Source: Heterodontus francisci (lineage: Eukaryota). From it: 64,000 nucleotides of DNA. The DNA lies in the NCBI RefSeq assembly GCF_036365525.1, contig NC_090379.1, positions 19,254,792-19,318,791 of the forward strand, in the 5' to 3' direction. The notes under the pieces are model-generated. The model worked only from the letters and a program-made list of their open reading frames with translations. It made no database searches and was not told the DNA's origin. Both the position numbers and the translations under genes were made by a program. Positions 47,711-61,230 of the stretch are shown piece after piece (within the stretch, counting starts at the first letter, position 1; each line of letters opens with the position of its first letter).

Positions 47711-49489
47711 CATTGATGCATTGTTACTGCAATTTTATTAACCCTTTTGAATTAATGTTTATAAAATATTCATATTAAAATTCTAGAACCTCTTTTGCAT
47801 GAAAACTCCTTCCCGTTCCAGGTCTGTATTCCTTCACATTTTTCTTTCATCACCCTTCATTTCCCTAGAAAGGCCAGAAAGCAACTCACTTCCTGACCTC
47901 TGCAACTATCGTACTGTAACCAAACACCAGCAGTTGCAAGTAGAAGTAGTTACTGATACTGCCTCTCACTGGGGAAAGAGGAATGATTGGTGCCAGGTAA
48001 AGATGGTTCGGCAAATGGCAACTCTCAAGTTTAAATGCAGATAGCAAACAAGAGTATTGCCAAAAAGAGAGCTAAAAGGCCATGAACGTTAGCACAAGTT
48101 GAGTTTTGAAATGTTTCCTTCCCTTTAGGTCTTAGACTGGACTGCCAAAATGTAACTTTAAACTGTAGTAAATGACTGCTAACTTAAGTTTTTAATGTTA
48201 AAACAGTTCTTGTCCACGAGAGTTAGGTGAAGAACCTAACCTAGAACCTATCACAAACAAGCACCTATACTGATGGGATGACCAAGCTTGGAAATTAACA
48301 GGGCAGAAGAAAAAATATGGGCCTGTTCTTTTAAAAGCACAAGATGCCCACCACTTGCGGTTTTTAATTTTGCATTCATAAACTTAAGAACTGTGTGGCA
48401 ATACATGTTCATGACCTCAGATTTGAGCATTTTGGTTGTATTTTTTTTTAAAATTGAGACTGCATACACACATACTCCCCCTTTCCTTGAACTTGCTGTT
48501 ATTTGTCCAACCCTAACCAGTAAGGAAATGTCAAAAGTTGAATAACTGAGTAGCAATCCTGCACCTTTTTTTAAAAATACAAACATGTGAAAACATTGAA
48601 AAACAAACTCTACACAAGATCTCACATCTCACTGGACATTACTCTAGATTACAGGTGGTGTTTGCTTTTTGTTTTATTTAAAAAAGTACGCTAGTTTCCT
48701 CCCCTCCTCATCTCTTCAAGGCCCTAACTCTTGATGGGATATGGTGTCACTGGCAACACTCCCAAAACCTTATCCAAGTAGCCATTCTTCATGTGTGGGC
48801 CCAGACAGTGAGTGTTATTGTGTTTTTCCTGATTGTATTATTGGAGACAGGGGAAGGAGGAGAAAACTTAACCTCACCCATCCTGTTCCTTCCCACCATT
48901 CACTCCCACATGCTTTCCAGCAGGGATTTCTGGTTAGAGAGGAGGTAGAACTCCAACAGCATCCCTCATTGAGATTAGTTAAACCAGGATGAAGCAGGAA
49001 ACAGACTTGGGACCTTTTGGTCTGCACAGCTCTATTACACATAACCTTTACCAAATGAAACATGGGGAGAGCTGCAGGAGGAATTTTAAATGCCAACCCC
49101 TGTGATTTTTGTCCATGTATCCAACAGTAAGTTGTGAGCAAGCTCATACATTTCAGACGACTCCAGAAAACACTGATCTTAAGTTCTTATTGAAAAATGT
49201 TTTGATATCCACAAAAGTCACAAAAAGCATTTATAGGAAGTTTAATGTCAACATGCAACAAGTGTGTTCTACATGATTAGTCATAGGTACATTATTCCCA
49301 AACGTACACAGGAACATGTAGCTTCATGTATAACCAAGTGATCTTTGTCGTCCCCCCTAATTTGAAGGGGGAAAAACTCAACCAGATAATCCAGGGTTAT
49401 ATACTGCACACTTCAACCCAGATTTAACTGCATAGCATATTTTCCACATGAATTAGCAACTTTCTTTAAGTACAAAATCACACTGACTG

Positions 49490-51235
49490 CTCAAAGATAG
49501 CAGCATTGGTTTTGATCTTTCAGAGTTCCCTAGATTTTAGAATGGTCCACACAGATTGGAAGGTAGCAAACGTAAACCCACTATTCAAGAAAAAGAGAAA
49601 AAATAGGGAACCATAGGCCAGTTAGCCTGATGCCAGTAGTAGAGAAACTGCTAGAATCTATTATTTAGGCACATGATAACAGGGCACTTAGAAATCACAA
49701 TATAATTGGGTAGCGTCAACACGGATTTATGAAAGGGAAATCATGCTCGACAAATCAGTTGGGTTTTTTGAGGATCTAACGAACAGGGTAGATTAGGGGG
49801 GAAACTAACGAATTTCAGATTTACATTTTCCCGATGCTCTTGGAGAACGGAACATTCAAGACATTCTGGAATTCTTGGCTGGCACTAAACATGAACGAAC
49901 ATGTATTTGGAGTTTTAAAAAGCAATTGACAAGGTGCCACACAAGAGGTTATTATACAAAATTAGGGCTCAGAGGATTGGGGATAATATATTAGCATGGA
50001 TTCAGGATTGGTTAAAAGGCAGGAAACAGAGTAGGAATAAACTGGTGGGGTACTGCAAGAATCAGTGTGTGGGGGCTCAGCTAGTTACAATCTGAATCAA
50101 TGACCTAGATATGGGCGGGGAAAGTGTAATATATTCAGGTTTGCTGATAATACAAAGCTAGGTGGGAAAGTAAGCTGCGAGGAGAATGCAAACAGGCCAC
50201 AAAGGGATATAGACAGGTAATGTGAGTGCGCAAGAATGTGGTGGATGGAGTATGATGGAGAAATGTGAAGTTATCCATTTAGCAGGAAATAAAAATAGAA
50301 AAGCAGATTATTAAATGGTTAAAGGTATTCAGAGGCACCTAGGTGTCCTTGTACAAGAAAGCTGACATGCAAATTCGAGCAATTAAGGCAGCAAATAGTA
50401 TGTTAGTCACCTTGACTTGGATCTACATCACCGTTTCTTCACTGTCACTGAATCAAAAACCTGGAACTCCCTTCCTGATAGCACTGTGTACCTACACCAT
50501 GGGGACTGCAGCGGTTCAAGAAGGCATTTCACCACCATCTTCTCAAGGGCAATTAGAGATGGACAACAAATGCTGGCCTTGCCAGGGATGCTCACATCCC
50601 ATAAAATAAAATTTAAAAAATGAGCCTTTATTACAAAAGGAGACTGAAGAACAAGAGTACAGAAGTAGTACTGCAATTATATAGGGCCTTGGTGAGACCA
50701 TATTTTGAGTACTGTACAACAATTTTGGTCTCCATTCCTAAGGAAGGATTTATTTTTCTTAGGGGGAGTGCAAAGGTTCATGAGACTGATTCCTAGATTG
50801 GGAGATTGTCCTACAAGGAGGGAATAAGTAGACTAGGTCTATAATCCCTTGAGTCTAGAAAAATTAGGGGTGTTCTTATTGAAATATATAAAATTCTTAA
50901 GGCGGTTGACAGGGTAGATGCTGAGAAGATGTTTTTCTCGATAAGGAGTCTAGAACTAGGGTCATAATCTCAGATTAAGGGGTCAGCCATTTACAAACTG
51001 TGATGACAAATATTTTCACTCAAAGGTGGAGTGTGTTAGGTACACTCTACCTCATATGGCACAGGATGCTCAGTTGCCAAGTATATTTACGAAATAAATC
51101 AATAATTTTTGGATACTAAGGGAATCCAAAAGATATGGGATAGTAGAGGTAGGAGAAGTTGAGGTAGATCAGTCATGATCTTACTGAACGGTGCAGCAGG
51201 CTCTAAGGGCCAAATGGCCTACTCCTATTTATGTT
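49490..51235 (+). mobile_element. Decayed CR1 RT/3' fragment with a LINE-B tail inserted at about 50407-50620
   Basis: CR1 RT motifs (gacaaggtgccacac, tttgctgataatacaaagcta) and 3' UTR. Confidence 0.8.
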
Positions 51236-52486
51236 GTCACATCAGTTATATAAAGAGCAGAAATTGCCATCCATCAAATAATCCAGCCATGCATAATATT
51301 GTCACCACCATCTCATTACGCACAACAAAAGCTAGCTTGCTGTTCCTTTTTTGAGAGCATGTTTGAAACAGATTGTGAATAGGGATGTAAATAAAAACCA
51401 ACATTAAAAATCCCAGTGGTAAATTAGTGCCTTCTACTACTTTACCATTTCATGGCTTCTTTGCTATGAAGGAATATTATCCATTTATTTTTGTTTGTCC
51501 TGAAGGCATCGACTCCTTGCTACAGTGTGATTTGATGGGCTCCACTTGCCTTGTATTATCACAAGAATCTCAATAGTGAGCAATGGCAGCTATTTGACTG
51601 GGTTGTAAAATTAACAGCCAAGTCCAATGTTGAAAAAAGTAAACTGAGCTGTTCAAACTGAGAGGGGTAGAAATTAAACTTTTGGTTACAACATTTTGCA
51701 GTTTATATCTAGATGTCCACTACATGATCAAAGACTTGCTACCCAAACCTTAGGCAGGAATTGCTGCAAACTGCTCAACAGCTGGAACCTTACCAACTTC
51801 TCTCTTCCTAATACAAGTGCAATGACCCTACTGCTGTCCTAGGTGGGATCTGCCAAATCACCAGAGAACAAAGTCCCAATCTGGGTCCTTTCTGGTGCGC
51901 ATGACTGAGTGTCTCACTGGATAAGTAATGGAACCATTGCCAGAGCCCATTTCTACCCCATTTTGTCAAAGCACTAGGCTGAAGCAATGGATTCAAGATC
52001 CTTTTCTTTCTAAAAAGGATTATGTAGGTAAAGCACTTCAGACTTCTAAACCTAATCACAATCTTTCAGGACTAAAACGGTGCACTTTATACAGAAGAAT
52101 TGCAGTTAATTTGTCTTTGATCAACCCAGTAACTGTGCACTGAATCTTTCAATTAAAGTAAAAATCAGCTCAGAAATATTGCCAATAACTATGATTTTCT
52201 TTCTATCCAGTGAATTCATATATTGGTTTAAAGCTAATTTATAGGATTGCATATCAAAGCAACCCATAAACAGTTAATTCTGGGATGCATACTTTAAGCT
52301 ACATTCTTAAGCTACAAAGATAAGTCAGATTACTTTCTCCTGTGGAAATCATTTTGAGGGAAAAAGTGTAAACTGGGCAAGCAGTAGTTCAAATTTAGAG
52401 GGGGAAAACAGAACTTATTTTTTCTGTTTATATCTAGATGTGAGCTACATGATCAGAATTTTAGGATTTCTGAGCTATTAACTATT

Positions 52487-52776
52487 AGGGTGGCACAGTG
52501 GTTAGCACCGCAGCCTCACAGCTCCAGCGACCCGGGTTCAATTCTGGGTACTGCCTGTGTGGAGTTTGCAAGTTCTCCCTGTGTCTGCGTGGGTTTTCTC
52601 CGGGTGCTCCGGTTTCCTCCCACAAGCCAAAAGACTTGCAGCTTGGTAGGTAAATATAGGGACAGGTGGGGATGTGGTAGGAATATGGGATTAGTATAAA
52701 TGGGTGGTTGATGGTCGGCTCAGACTCGGTGGGCCGAAGGGCCTGTTTCAGTGCTGTATCTCTAAAACTAAAAAAC
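52487..52776 (+). mobile_element. HE1-type V-SINE (internal deletions), about 270 bp downstream of the ALDH6A1 stop
   Basis: Head, V-domain and tail present. Confidence 0.9.
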
Positions 52777-53047
52777 TAGGAACGGCATCCAGCAATTTGA
52801 AGTCGATGTTCAAAATTGCCAAAAAGGGTCAAAGTGAAAAAATGTTAACCATAATTTCCTTTCAATTCCCTCTTACCACATCCACGTCACTGCTGTATAT
52901 GCCTCTCCCAGGTCAGGTGGAAGGGCCACACAGGATTATGTTGATTCCACCCACCCGCTCCTGCCCAAATTCTCAGTGTGTCAGATCCAAAGAGTCAGTA
53001 CTGAGGAGCATGTTGAACACGCAGCTTGCCATTACAGTGGAATGAAA

Positions 53048-53152
53048 TTAGCGCCCTATCGTTGGCATGGCAACAGATGGGCTGGTTAAGGTCGAATCTT
53101 CTTCCTTCCACTGGGATGTGACAGTCTTTATTTGAGTGTAGAACTGGATACC
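53048..53152 (-). CDS. ALDH6A1: ALDH6A1 terminal coding exon (to TAA)
   Basis: Acceptor tttatcccag. 105 nt encoding GIQFYTQIKTVTSQWKEEDSTLTSPSVAMPTIGR*. Confidence 0.97.
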   Translation of the reverse strand, partial: GIQFYTQIKTVTSQWKEEDSTLTSPSVAMPTIGR

Positions 53153-53310
53153 CTGGGATAAATTCGAAAAGCAAATAGGTTAAAGATTGCATACATGACC
53201 CTTGGTCTCAGTGTTAGGCTCAGTATTATTTCAGACGTTGAGCTTATTGAAATCTATGCACCAGCCTGGGCACCCATGTTTTCATTCAAATTGCTTGACC
53301 TGGTTCTGAC

Positions 53311-53667
53311 TAGGATTACCAACTTTCCATGGAGTCTCCAGAAATTGAAGACGAATCTCCAGGACACTGCTGTGAGCAAACCCATCAGAAAAATCTGACC
53401 AATAAAGTGTTTCCCCTCCCCCCCCATTTTCCTTGAATACCTTTATTAATTATAAACGTATCAGACATGGGAATAAAGGCTGTTAACCGACAGTGAAGAT
53501 CATCCAATTGGGTAATTAGAAGTCTATTAACTTTCCAATTGGTGCAGAAAGGGATGCACCATGATGACGGACATGTCGAGCAACCAATGGCGGAGTGTGG
53601 GATTGGAGCATTTGGAGGCACGTGATGAAACCTCCAGGAATATATTCAACCAGAGTTGGCAACCCTA
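53311..53667. mobile_element. hAT (Tip100-like) MITE
   Basis: TIRs taggattaccaact and agttggcaacccta (12/14 match). Degenerate 8-bp TSD gttctgac/cctccgac. Confidence 0.65.
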
Positions 53668-54092
53668 CCTCCGACCAGCTCCATGACCACCGTTAAGTAT
53701 GTCTGTAGTATACATAATGCAGGCATTCTTGTCAGCTAGGACCAGATCCCGGTACAAGTGGGGCACAAATGCAGCTATAGCTTCACACTAAAAAAAAAAA
53801 TCATTGAAGGCTCTCCAACAAGAATGGCTAGGCATGAAATCTACTGCTAAGATGCCACTACTAAATTGCTGGCCCTTCACCACGGTGGACGCCCTAGTAA
53901 TACCCCGAAAGTCGTGAGGGCGCCTGCACTGCCATAGACCTCAGGGTCTGGGAGGGACTCAGAACTGCAGCGGACTGGGAGTTGGGAGTCCCTACCCAAC
54001 TCCACCAAAGAGCAGTTGGTTAAACATTTCATGTTGTGAACCTTACATTACTGCTGCCTAATTTGTTCTGGCTTAGGGACCAACATACACAC

Positions 54093-54191
54093 CTGTTTGC
54101 CGTAGAAGTTGGTATCACCTCTGAATGAGCCTCTTGATCCAGTAAACGAGAACATGGGCAGTGGAACTGGGATAGGCACGTTCACACCAAT
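54093..54191 (-). CDS. ALDH6A1: ALDH6A1 penultimate coding exon
   Basis: Acceptor ccttctgttcag, donor gtgtgt. 99 nt encoding [33 protein letters not shown]. Confidence 0.97.
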
Positions 54192-54999
54192 CTGAACAGA
54201 AGGATTAGAAAAAGCCACAATTTACCAAACTGGGCAAAGCACAGGCAGCAGCCATTTCTAAGCTGGGTGTGGATTCGCGCCTGAGGTTCCCTTGTGGCAA
54301 GCTGCTATTTTAAGTTGAGGGCAGATGCTTATCTGAGAGAGATTAGGTGGAGGGTAAGAAGAGAAAGGAAAAAGCTTTGACATTTCTAGGTGTAAGCCTA
54401 ACTTCAGGTTAGTCTGTCCTTTCAGCTTGGGAATTAAACTGTCATTTCACTTATGGGATAGACATCATTTAACAATGCCGTACCAAATAGTGATTTTGGA
54501 TATTACATATTTCATTATAAAAACAGCAACTAAAATAGTACTGATTAAATGAAAGCACAGCAGCTTACACAACAAAACCAGAGGAGCTTTAGACCTCAAA
54601 TTATAATTTAAAGAGCCTAGAACAGATAATTAATCCCTTAGTTTAATACTCTCTTCCATATAGAAAAACCAATGAAGTTCTCACAAGTTCTGTTAGAATA
54701 ACTTGGCCAGTCTAAATGAAACATGCTATCCAGGAAGGTCATGCTGGTCATACATAATCATTGCTCTAGTTTCCTCTCTAATGCAGGACTACTATATATT
54801 CATGCTGGTAGACGAAAGAGAGAAAACTGCCATGCATTGGCCTCTCAAGAGGCTCCCAGAAACCAACTCAAACAGTACAGGTAGAGGCAGGACATGTAGA
54901 ACAAGAAACACTGCAATAGGATAACACCGCTTGATCAACAGACAACGATAGACAGTTCTCTGCAACCAAAAGCGAGAATCCAAAAGGCTGCATTGCACT

Positions 55000-55338
55000 G
55001 CACAGTGGCGCAGTGGTTAGCACCGCAGCCTCACAGCTCCAGGGACCCGGGTTCAATTCTGGGTACTGCCTGTGTGGAGTTTGCAAGTTCTCCCTGTGCC
55101 TGCGTGGGTTTCCTCCAGGTGCTCCGGTTTCCTCCCATAATCCAAAAGACTTGCAGGTTGATAGGTAAATTGGCCATTATAAATTGCCCCTAGTACAGGT
55201 AGGTGGTAGGGGAATATAGGGACAGGTGAGGATGTGGTAGAAATATGGGATTAGTGTAGGATTAGTATAAATGGGTGGTTAATGGTCAGCACAGACTCGG
55301 TGGGCCGAAGGGCCTGTTTCAGTGCTGTATATCTAAAT
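55000..55338 (+). mobile_element. HE1-type V-SINE
   Basis: Head, V-domain and tail present. Confidence 0.9.
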
Positions 55339-55364
55339 ATCCAGTGCCAAGATTTGGGACATTT

Positions 55365-58300
55365 GCTCTGGGTTGAAGAGGAACTTGCAATGGGAGGGGG
55401 AAGGATCCAACTGTCGTGGCCCACGTGGGTATCAATGACATAGACAGGACTAGGAAAGTGGTTCTGCATAGGGAGTCTGAGCAGCTTGGAGCTAAATTAA
55501 AAGTAGAACCTCAAAAGGGAATAATCTCTGGGTTATTACCTGAGCCTGAGAAAATTGGTAGAGGGCAAATAAAATTACAGTTTTAAATGCACAGTTCAAA
55601 GATTGGTGTGGGAGAAATTGGTTTCGATTCATGAGAAACTGATACCAGTACTGTTGAAAGTGGGAGTTGTATTGTTGGGATGGCCTTCAACTGAACCGTG
55701 CTGGGATCAGTGTTCTGTCGAGTTGTATAACTAGGGTGGTACAAAGGGCTTTAAACTAAGTAGAGAGATCAATTAAAGAGAGAGAAGGCAAAAGAGTAAG
55801 ATAGCAGTAAGGGTAATGAGAATCAGTGCAGCGGGAAGGGACAGAGCATACAAACTTAAGAGTGCACTAGCAGATAAGGTTGGAGATTGTGAACTAAGAG
55901 TGTGGAGGGAAAAGAGAGGGTTCGGATGAAGGGGGATTTAGAAATCCAAAAAGAGAAAGGCTGAGGCATCTGAAAAGTGTAGTGTTGTGGGTAAAGACAA
56001 GCAGAATAAGAGAGGAAGGGACAGATAGTTTAACAAAAATTGTACATCAGAGAATAAGGTAATTGCAGGGACTAGAAGTATAAAAATGGAACTAAAGGTT
56101 CTTTATCTGGAATTGCTGAAGCATCTGCAACAAGATAGATGAACTAATGGCACAAATAGAGGTAAATGATTGAGATCTAATTGCCATTACAGAGACATGG
56201 TTACAACGTGATCAAGGTAAGGAAATAAATATTCCAGGGCACACAATATTTCGGGAAGACAGACAGAATGGCAAAAGAGGAGGAATAGCCCTGATAGTAA
56301 AGGATGACATAAGGACAATAGTGAGAAAGGATCTGGCCTCAGAAGATCATGAAGTAGAATCAGTTGGGTGGAAATTAAGAATAGCAAGAATCAGAAAACA
56401 TTGGTGGGAGTAGTTGATAGGCCCCTTAACAGTAGTTATACTGTTGATCAGAGCATTAAACAAGAAATTATTGGAGCTTGTTAAAAAGGCAATGTAATAA
56501 TTATGGGGGACTTTAATCTTCAAGAATATTGGGAGAATGAAATTGGCAAGAGTGGTCTAGAAGGTGAGTTTGTAGAATGTTTTCGGGACAGTTTCCTGGA
56601 GCAATATGTCGTGGAACTGACGAGGGATAAAGCTATCTTAGATCTGTATTGTGTAATGAAGCAAAGTTAATTAGTAATGTCATAGTAAAAGATCCACTGG
56701 GAAATAGTGATCATATCATTGAATTCCATGTTAAGTTTGAAAGTGACATACTCCAATCACAAAATTGAATCTTAAACTTTCACAAAGCCAATTACATTGG
56801 TATGAGGGAGAACAGCCTAACGTAAATTGGATAAATAGACCAAAAGGTATGGTAGTCAATGAATAGTGGGAAACCTTTGAAGAAACAATTCAAAATGTTC
56901 ACCAAAAATACATTCCAGTGAAAAATAAAAACTCAGCAAGAAAGACCCATCCATGGCTCACTCAGGAAGTTAAGGATTCTTTGGCCTCCTTGTCTCGACA
57001 ATGGGCAAGCGCCTCAAGGTGGTCAGTGGTTTGTGGAGCAGCACCTGGAGTGGCTATAAAGGCCAATTCTAGAGTGACAGACTCTTCCACAGGCGCTGCA
57101 GATAAAATTGGTTGTCGGGGCTGTTACACAGTTGACTCTCCCCCTGCGCTTCTGTCTTTTTTCCTGACAGCTGCCAAGTCTCTTCGACTCGCCTCTTTAG
57201 CCCCGCCTTTATAGCTGTCCGCCAGCTCTGGTGATTGCTGGTAACGGACTCCCACGACTTGTCGTCAATGTCACAGGACTTCATGTCACGTTTGCAGACA
57301 TCTTTAAAGCAGAGACATGGACAGCCGGTGGGTCTGATAGCAGTGACGAGCTTGCTGTACAATGTGTCCTTGAGGATCCTGCCATCTACTATGCGGCTCA
57401 CATGGCCAAGGCATCTCAAGCGCCGCTGGCTCAGCAGGGTGTATATGCTGGGGATGTTAGCCACCTCGAGGACTTCCGCGTTGGGAGATACGGTCCTGCC
57501 ACCTGATGCCAAGGATTCTCCGGAGACAGCGAAGATGGAATGCATTGAGACATTGCTCTTGGCTGACATACATTGTCCAGGCTTTGCTGCTGTAGAGCAA
57601 GGTACTGAGGGCATTCGTTATAGTATTACATTAAAAGAGGCTTACAATGTTGCAAAAAAAAGTAGCAAGTCTGAGGATTGGGAGTGTTTTAGAAATCAAA
57701 GGTCCACCAAAAAGTTGATTAAACAAAAGGAAAAAACAGAATGAGAGTAAACTAGCCAGAAATATAAAAACAGATTGTAAGAGCTTTTATAGGTATATAA
57801 AAAAAAAGAGTAGCTAAAGTAAGCATTGGTCCCTTAGAAGCAGAGGCAGGAGAAATCATTAGGGGGAATGAGGACATGACAAAGGCATTGAACAAATATT
57901 TTGTGTCTGTCTTCACAGTTGAAGGCATAGGTTTCATACCAGAAATAGATGGTAACCTAGGGGTTAATAAGTGAGTAAATTAAGAAAATGAATATCAGCA
58001 GAGAAAAAGTATTGGAGAAACTTAAGGGACTAAATTCAGAAGAATCCCCAGGACCTGATGGCTTACACCCTAGGGTTCTAAAAGAGATAGCTGCAGAAAT
58101 AGTGGATGTGCTAGCAATGATTTTCCAAAATTCCTTAGATTTGGGAACAGTCCCACCAGATTGGAAGTTGGAAAATGTTACAACAAGGCTTTTCAAGAAA
58201 GGAGGGGGAGAGAGAGAAAACAGTGACTTACAGGCCAGTTAGCCTAATATCAGTCATTGGGAAAATGTTGGAATCGATCATTAAGTCTTAACAGTGCACT

Positions 58301-59538
58301 TAGAAAAGCACAGTATGATTAGAGCAAGTCAACATGGTTTTATTAAAGGTAAATCCTGTTTGATAAATTTATTAGAATTTTTGAAGATGTAACTAGTAGG
58401 GTAGATAAAGGGGAACCAGTAGATGTAGTATACCTGGATTTCCTAAAGGCATTCGATAAAGGTGCCACACAAAAGGTTAATAGGCAAGATAGGGGCTCAT
58501 GGAGTCAGGGTAATATATTAGCGTGGTTAGAGGATTGGTTAATGGACAACAAGCAAAGAGTAGGCAGGCAGTGAATAGTGGAGTGCTGCAAGGATCAGTG
58601 CTGGGACCTCAGCTATTTAAAATCTATATTAATCACTTAAATAAAGAGACAGAGTAATGGTACACAGATGATATAAATGTGGGTGGAGGACACAGAGGGC
58701 TGCAAAGAGAGATAGACAGGTTAAGTGAGTGGGCAGCAAGACGGCAGGTGGAGTACAACATCAGGAAGTGTGAAGTTATTCACTTTGGCCTTAAGAATAG
58801 AAAAGCAGAATTATTTTTTTAAAAACAGATGTGAAACTTGTATATGTCGATGCTCAAAGAGACTTTGGTCTGCTTGTACAAGGAATGCAGGAAGTTACCA
58901 TGCAGTTACAGCAAGCAATTAGGAAGGCAAATGACATGCTGGGCTTTATTGCAAGGAGATTGGAGTACAGGAATAAACAAGTCTTGCTACTATTGTACAA
59001 GGTTTTGGTGAGACCGTATCTGGAGCAGTGTGTGCAGTTTTGGTTTCCACATTTAAGGAAAGATGGACATGCATTGGAGGCGGCACAGCGAAGGTTCAGT
59101 AAACTGGTCCCTGGGATGAGCGGGTTGTCCCAAGATGAGAGGCCAAGTAAACTGAGCCTATATTCTCTGAAGCTTAGAAGAACGAGAGGCGATCTCATCG
59201 AAACAATGGGCTGGACTGGGTAGAGAAAGAGATTGTTTCCTCTGGTCAAGGGATCTAAAATATGGGGGCACAGTCTCAGGATAAGGAGCCGATTGTTTAG
59301 GACTGAGAGCAGAAATTAGTTCACTCAAAGGGTGGAGTGTCTTTGGAATTCTCTACCCCAGAGGATTCTGGATGCTCCATCGTTGAGTACATTTAAGGCT
59401 GGGGTAGACAGATTTTTGGTCCCTCAGGGAATCAAGGGATATGGCAATGAAGCTTAAGATCAGCCATTATCATACTGAATAGCAGAGCAGGCTCGATGGG
59501 CCACATGGTCTACTCTTGCTCCTATTTCTTGTGTTCTT
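55365..59538 (+). mobile_element. CR1 LINE (ORF1 end to 3' UTR), antisense in an ALDH6A1 intron, interrupted by an RTE
   Basis: Esterase VAHVGINDI, APE, SPGPDGLHPRVLKE and LVRPYLEQCVQFW. Tail ttcttgtgttctt. Confidence 0.9.
56976..57619 (-). mobile_element. 5'-truncated RTE-clade LINE
   Basis: LSQRRLRCLGHVSRIVDGRILKDTLYSKL...RPTG.P.LCFKDVCKRDMK. Host CR1 gaagttaagga|tagtatta is restored on removal. Confidence 0.85.
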
Positions 59539-59677
59539 GAGTTCTAAAATTAAATCACGTGTTCATCCATCAACAGACGTAACCAACTGTCAGCCAAATC
59601 AGCTGCATGGAAAGCAATTCAAATAAACCTGGGTACGCCCGTTCTGAAAACCTGTGGAGCCATGTTTGAAAACTCAC

Positions 59678-59857
59678 CTGTCCCACGTCAACTTGGTGTG
59701 TGAATTTACGAGCTGTGGCACCGTTATTGGTGAAGATGGCAGTGCCATTTCCATATGGGTTCTGGTTGATGATATCAACAGCTTCGTCTAGTGTATCTGC
59801 TTCAAGGATGACCAGGACTGGGCCAAAGATCTCCTCAGTATAGCACTTCATTTGAGG
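59678..59857 (-). CDS. ALDH6A1: ALDH6A1 coding exon
   Basis: Acceptor ttttctccatag, donor gtgagt. 180 nt encoding [60 protein letters not shown] (EEIFGPV motif). Confidence 0.97.
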
Positions 59858-61102
59858 CTATGGAGAAAACAAACAAAATATATACATCTTAATAAAAGTC
59901 TTGTGCACACTTATGAGCTACCTGGTCTGCATACATACTTTTCTAGATCACTGTTTAAAGAATTTATGAACTCTGCTCCAACAAAGACAGGTGGAAAAGA
60001 ACTTCACGTTCTCTTTACATTTAAAGATGCTTTTTCTATTGCCTCCTTGTGATCATCTTAAATCTGTGCCCTTTTGTTACTGTTTTGCCAGCCTGTGAAA
60101 ACAATCCAGCACTATTTACCTCATCATAACCCTTCACAATCTCAAATATTTATCAGATATTATTAAACATTATCCACCTTAGCTCTGGTGAAGAAAGCCC
60201 CAACGTGTTACCTTTCTCTTAATAATTCTGACCCCTCATCTCCAGTAACACCCAAGTGAATCTATACTGCACATATTGGAAAAGAAAAACAATCAGGTGC
60301 TCAGATTGTACATAAATGCCATCCAACAGCCTAACTGAAGATTCTACAAGTTCTGTTAATGCTGTTTTTACTTCTAAGATGTATTATTGTCTTTCTTCTG
60401 TATTTAGCTGCACTGCCACTTTTGTGTCCATCCTATTGCTTATTAATGTCCTGCAGTCTTTTACAATCCTCAGAACAATTTGCCGCAACTCCCATTGTGA
60501 CGTCATCAAACTGAAATTTTTTCCTCCATTCAGGTAATTCATGAAAATAAAGATATACATAAAGAACACTGACAAACATACCCTCCTTCAGCCCTCCAAC
60601 TGTCTCTATCCATCTGATCACATTCCTCCTAATCCTGTCTTTTTATTTAAAAAAGCACAAGTCCCTCAGATCTTACACTATCAAATATTTTTTCAAAATT
60701 TATATGTCACATCTGTACTTTTCCTTTATTTATCCTGTTATTTCTCTAAAATAATTCTATATAAAGGTTGATCAAGCATGAACTTCACTTTCCTTTAGTT
60801 ATTCATACTAACTAGCCTTGATATACTAGTTTCCTGCAAGTGCTTCATTTAAATCCAGACAACAGGCTCTGCGACAACTTAAATAAGATCAACTGGCCTA
60901 CAATTAACTGGCTTATCCAAGACTCCTTTTTTGACAACTGGCATCACAATTTCTTTTTCCAAAGAGTTTTGGCAAACCCTCCAGCACTCCTTCCCTAGCT
61001 TCCCTCAGAATCTCAAATTTAAATCATCATATCTGGTTATTTGACCATTCAAGGAATTCATTAAGTACAAGGACTGCCACTTCCACCACTAACGGTGCCC
61101 CC

Positions 61103-61230
61103 GCCTCAGCCATCTGCTGCCATAACCTTCAGCCATGCCTTTGTTACCTCCAGACTTGTTTATTCCAATGCTCTCCTGGCCAGCCTCCAAAAACTTCAGC
61201 TCATCCAACCCTGTACTAAGTCCTGCTCAC
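61103..61230 (+). mobile_element. L2 LINE fragment abutting an ALDH6A1 exon
   Basis: LSHLLP..SHAFVTSRLVYSNALLASL, matching the L2 motif HAFVTSRLDYSNALL. Confidence 0.7.

Noticed and set aside
60384-60575. TSQW-containing ORF as the last ALDH6A1 exon
   Set aside because: Chance match in old CR1-like sequence. The true terminal exon is 53048-53152.
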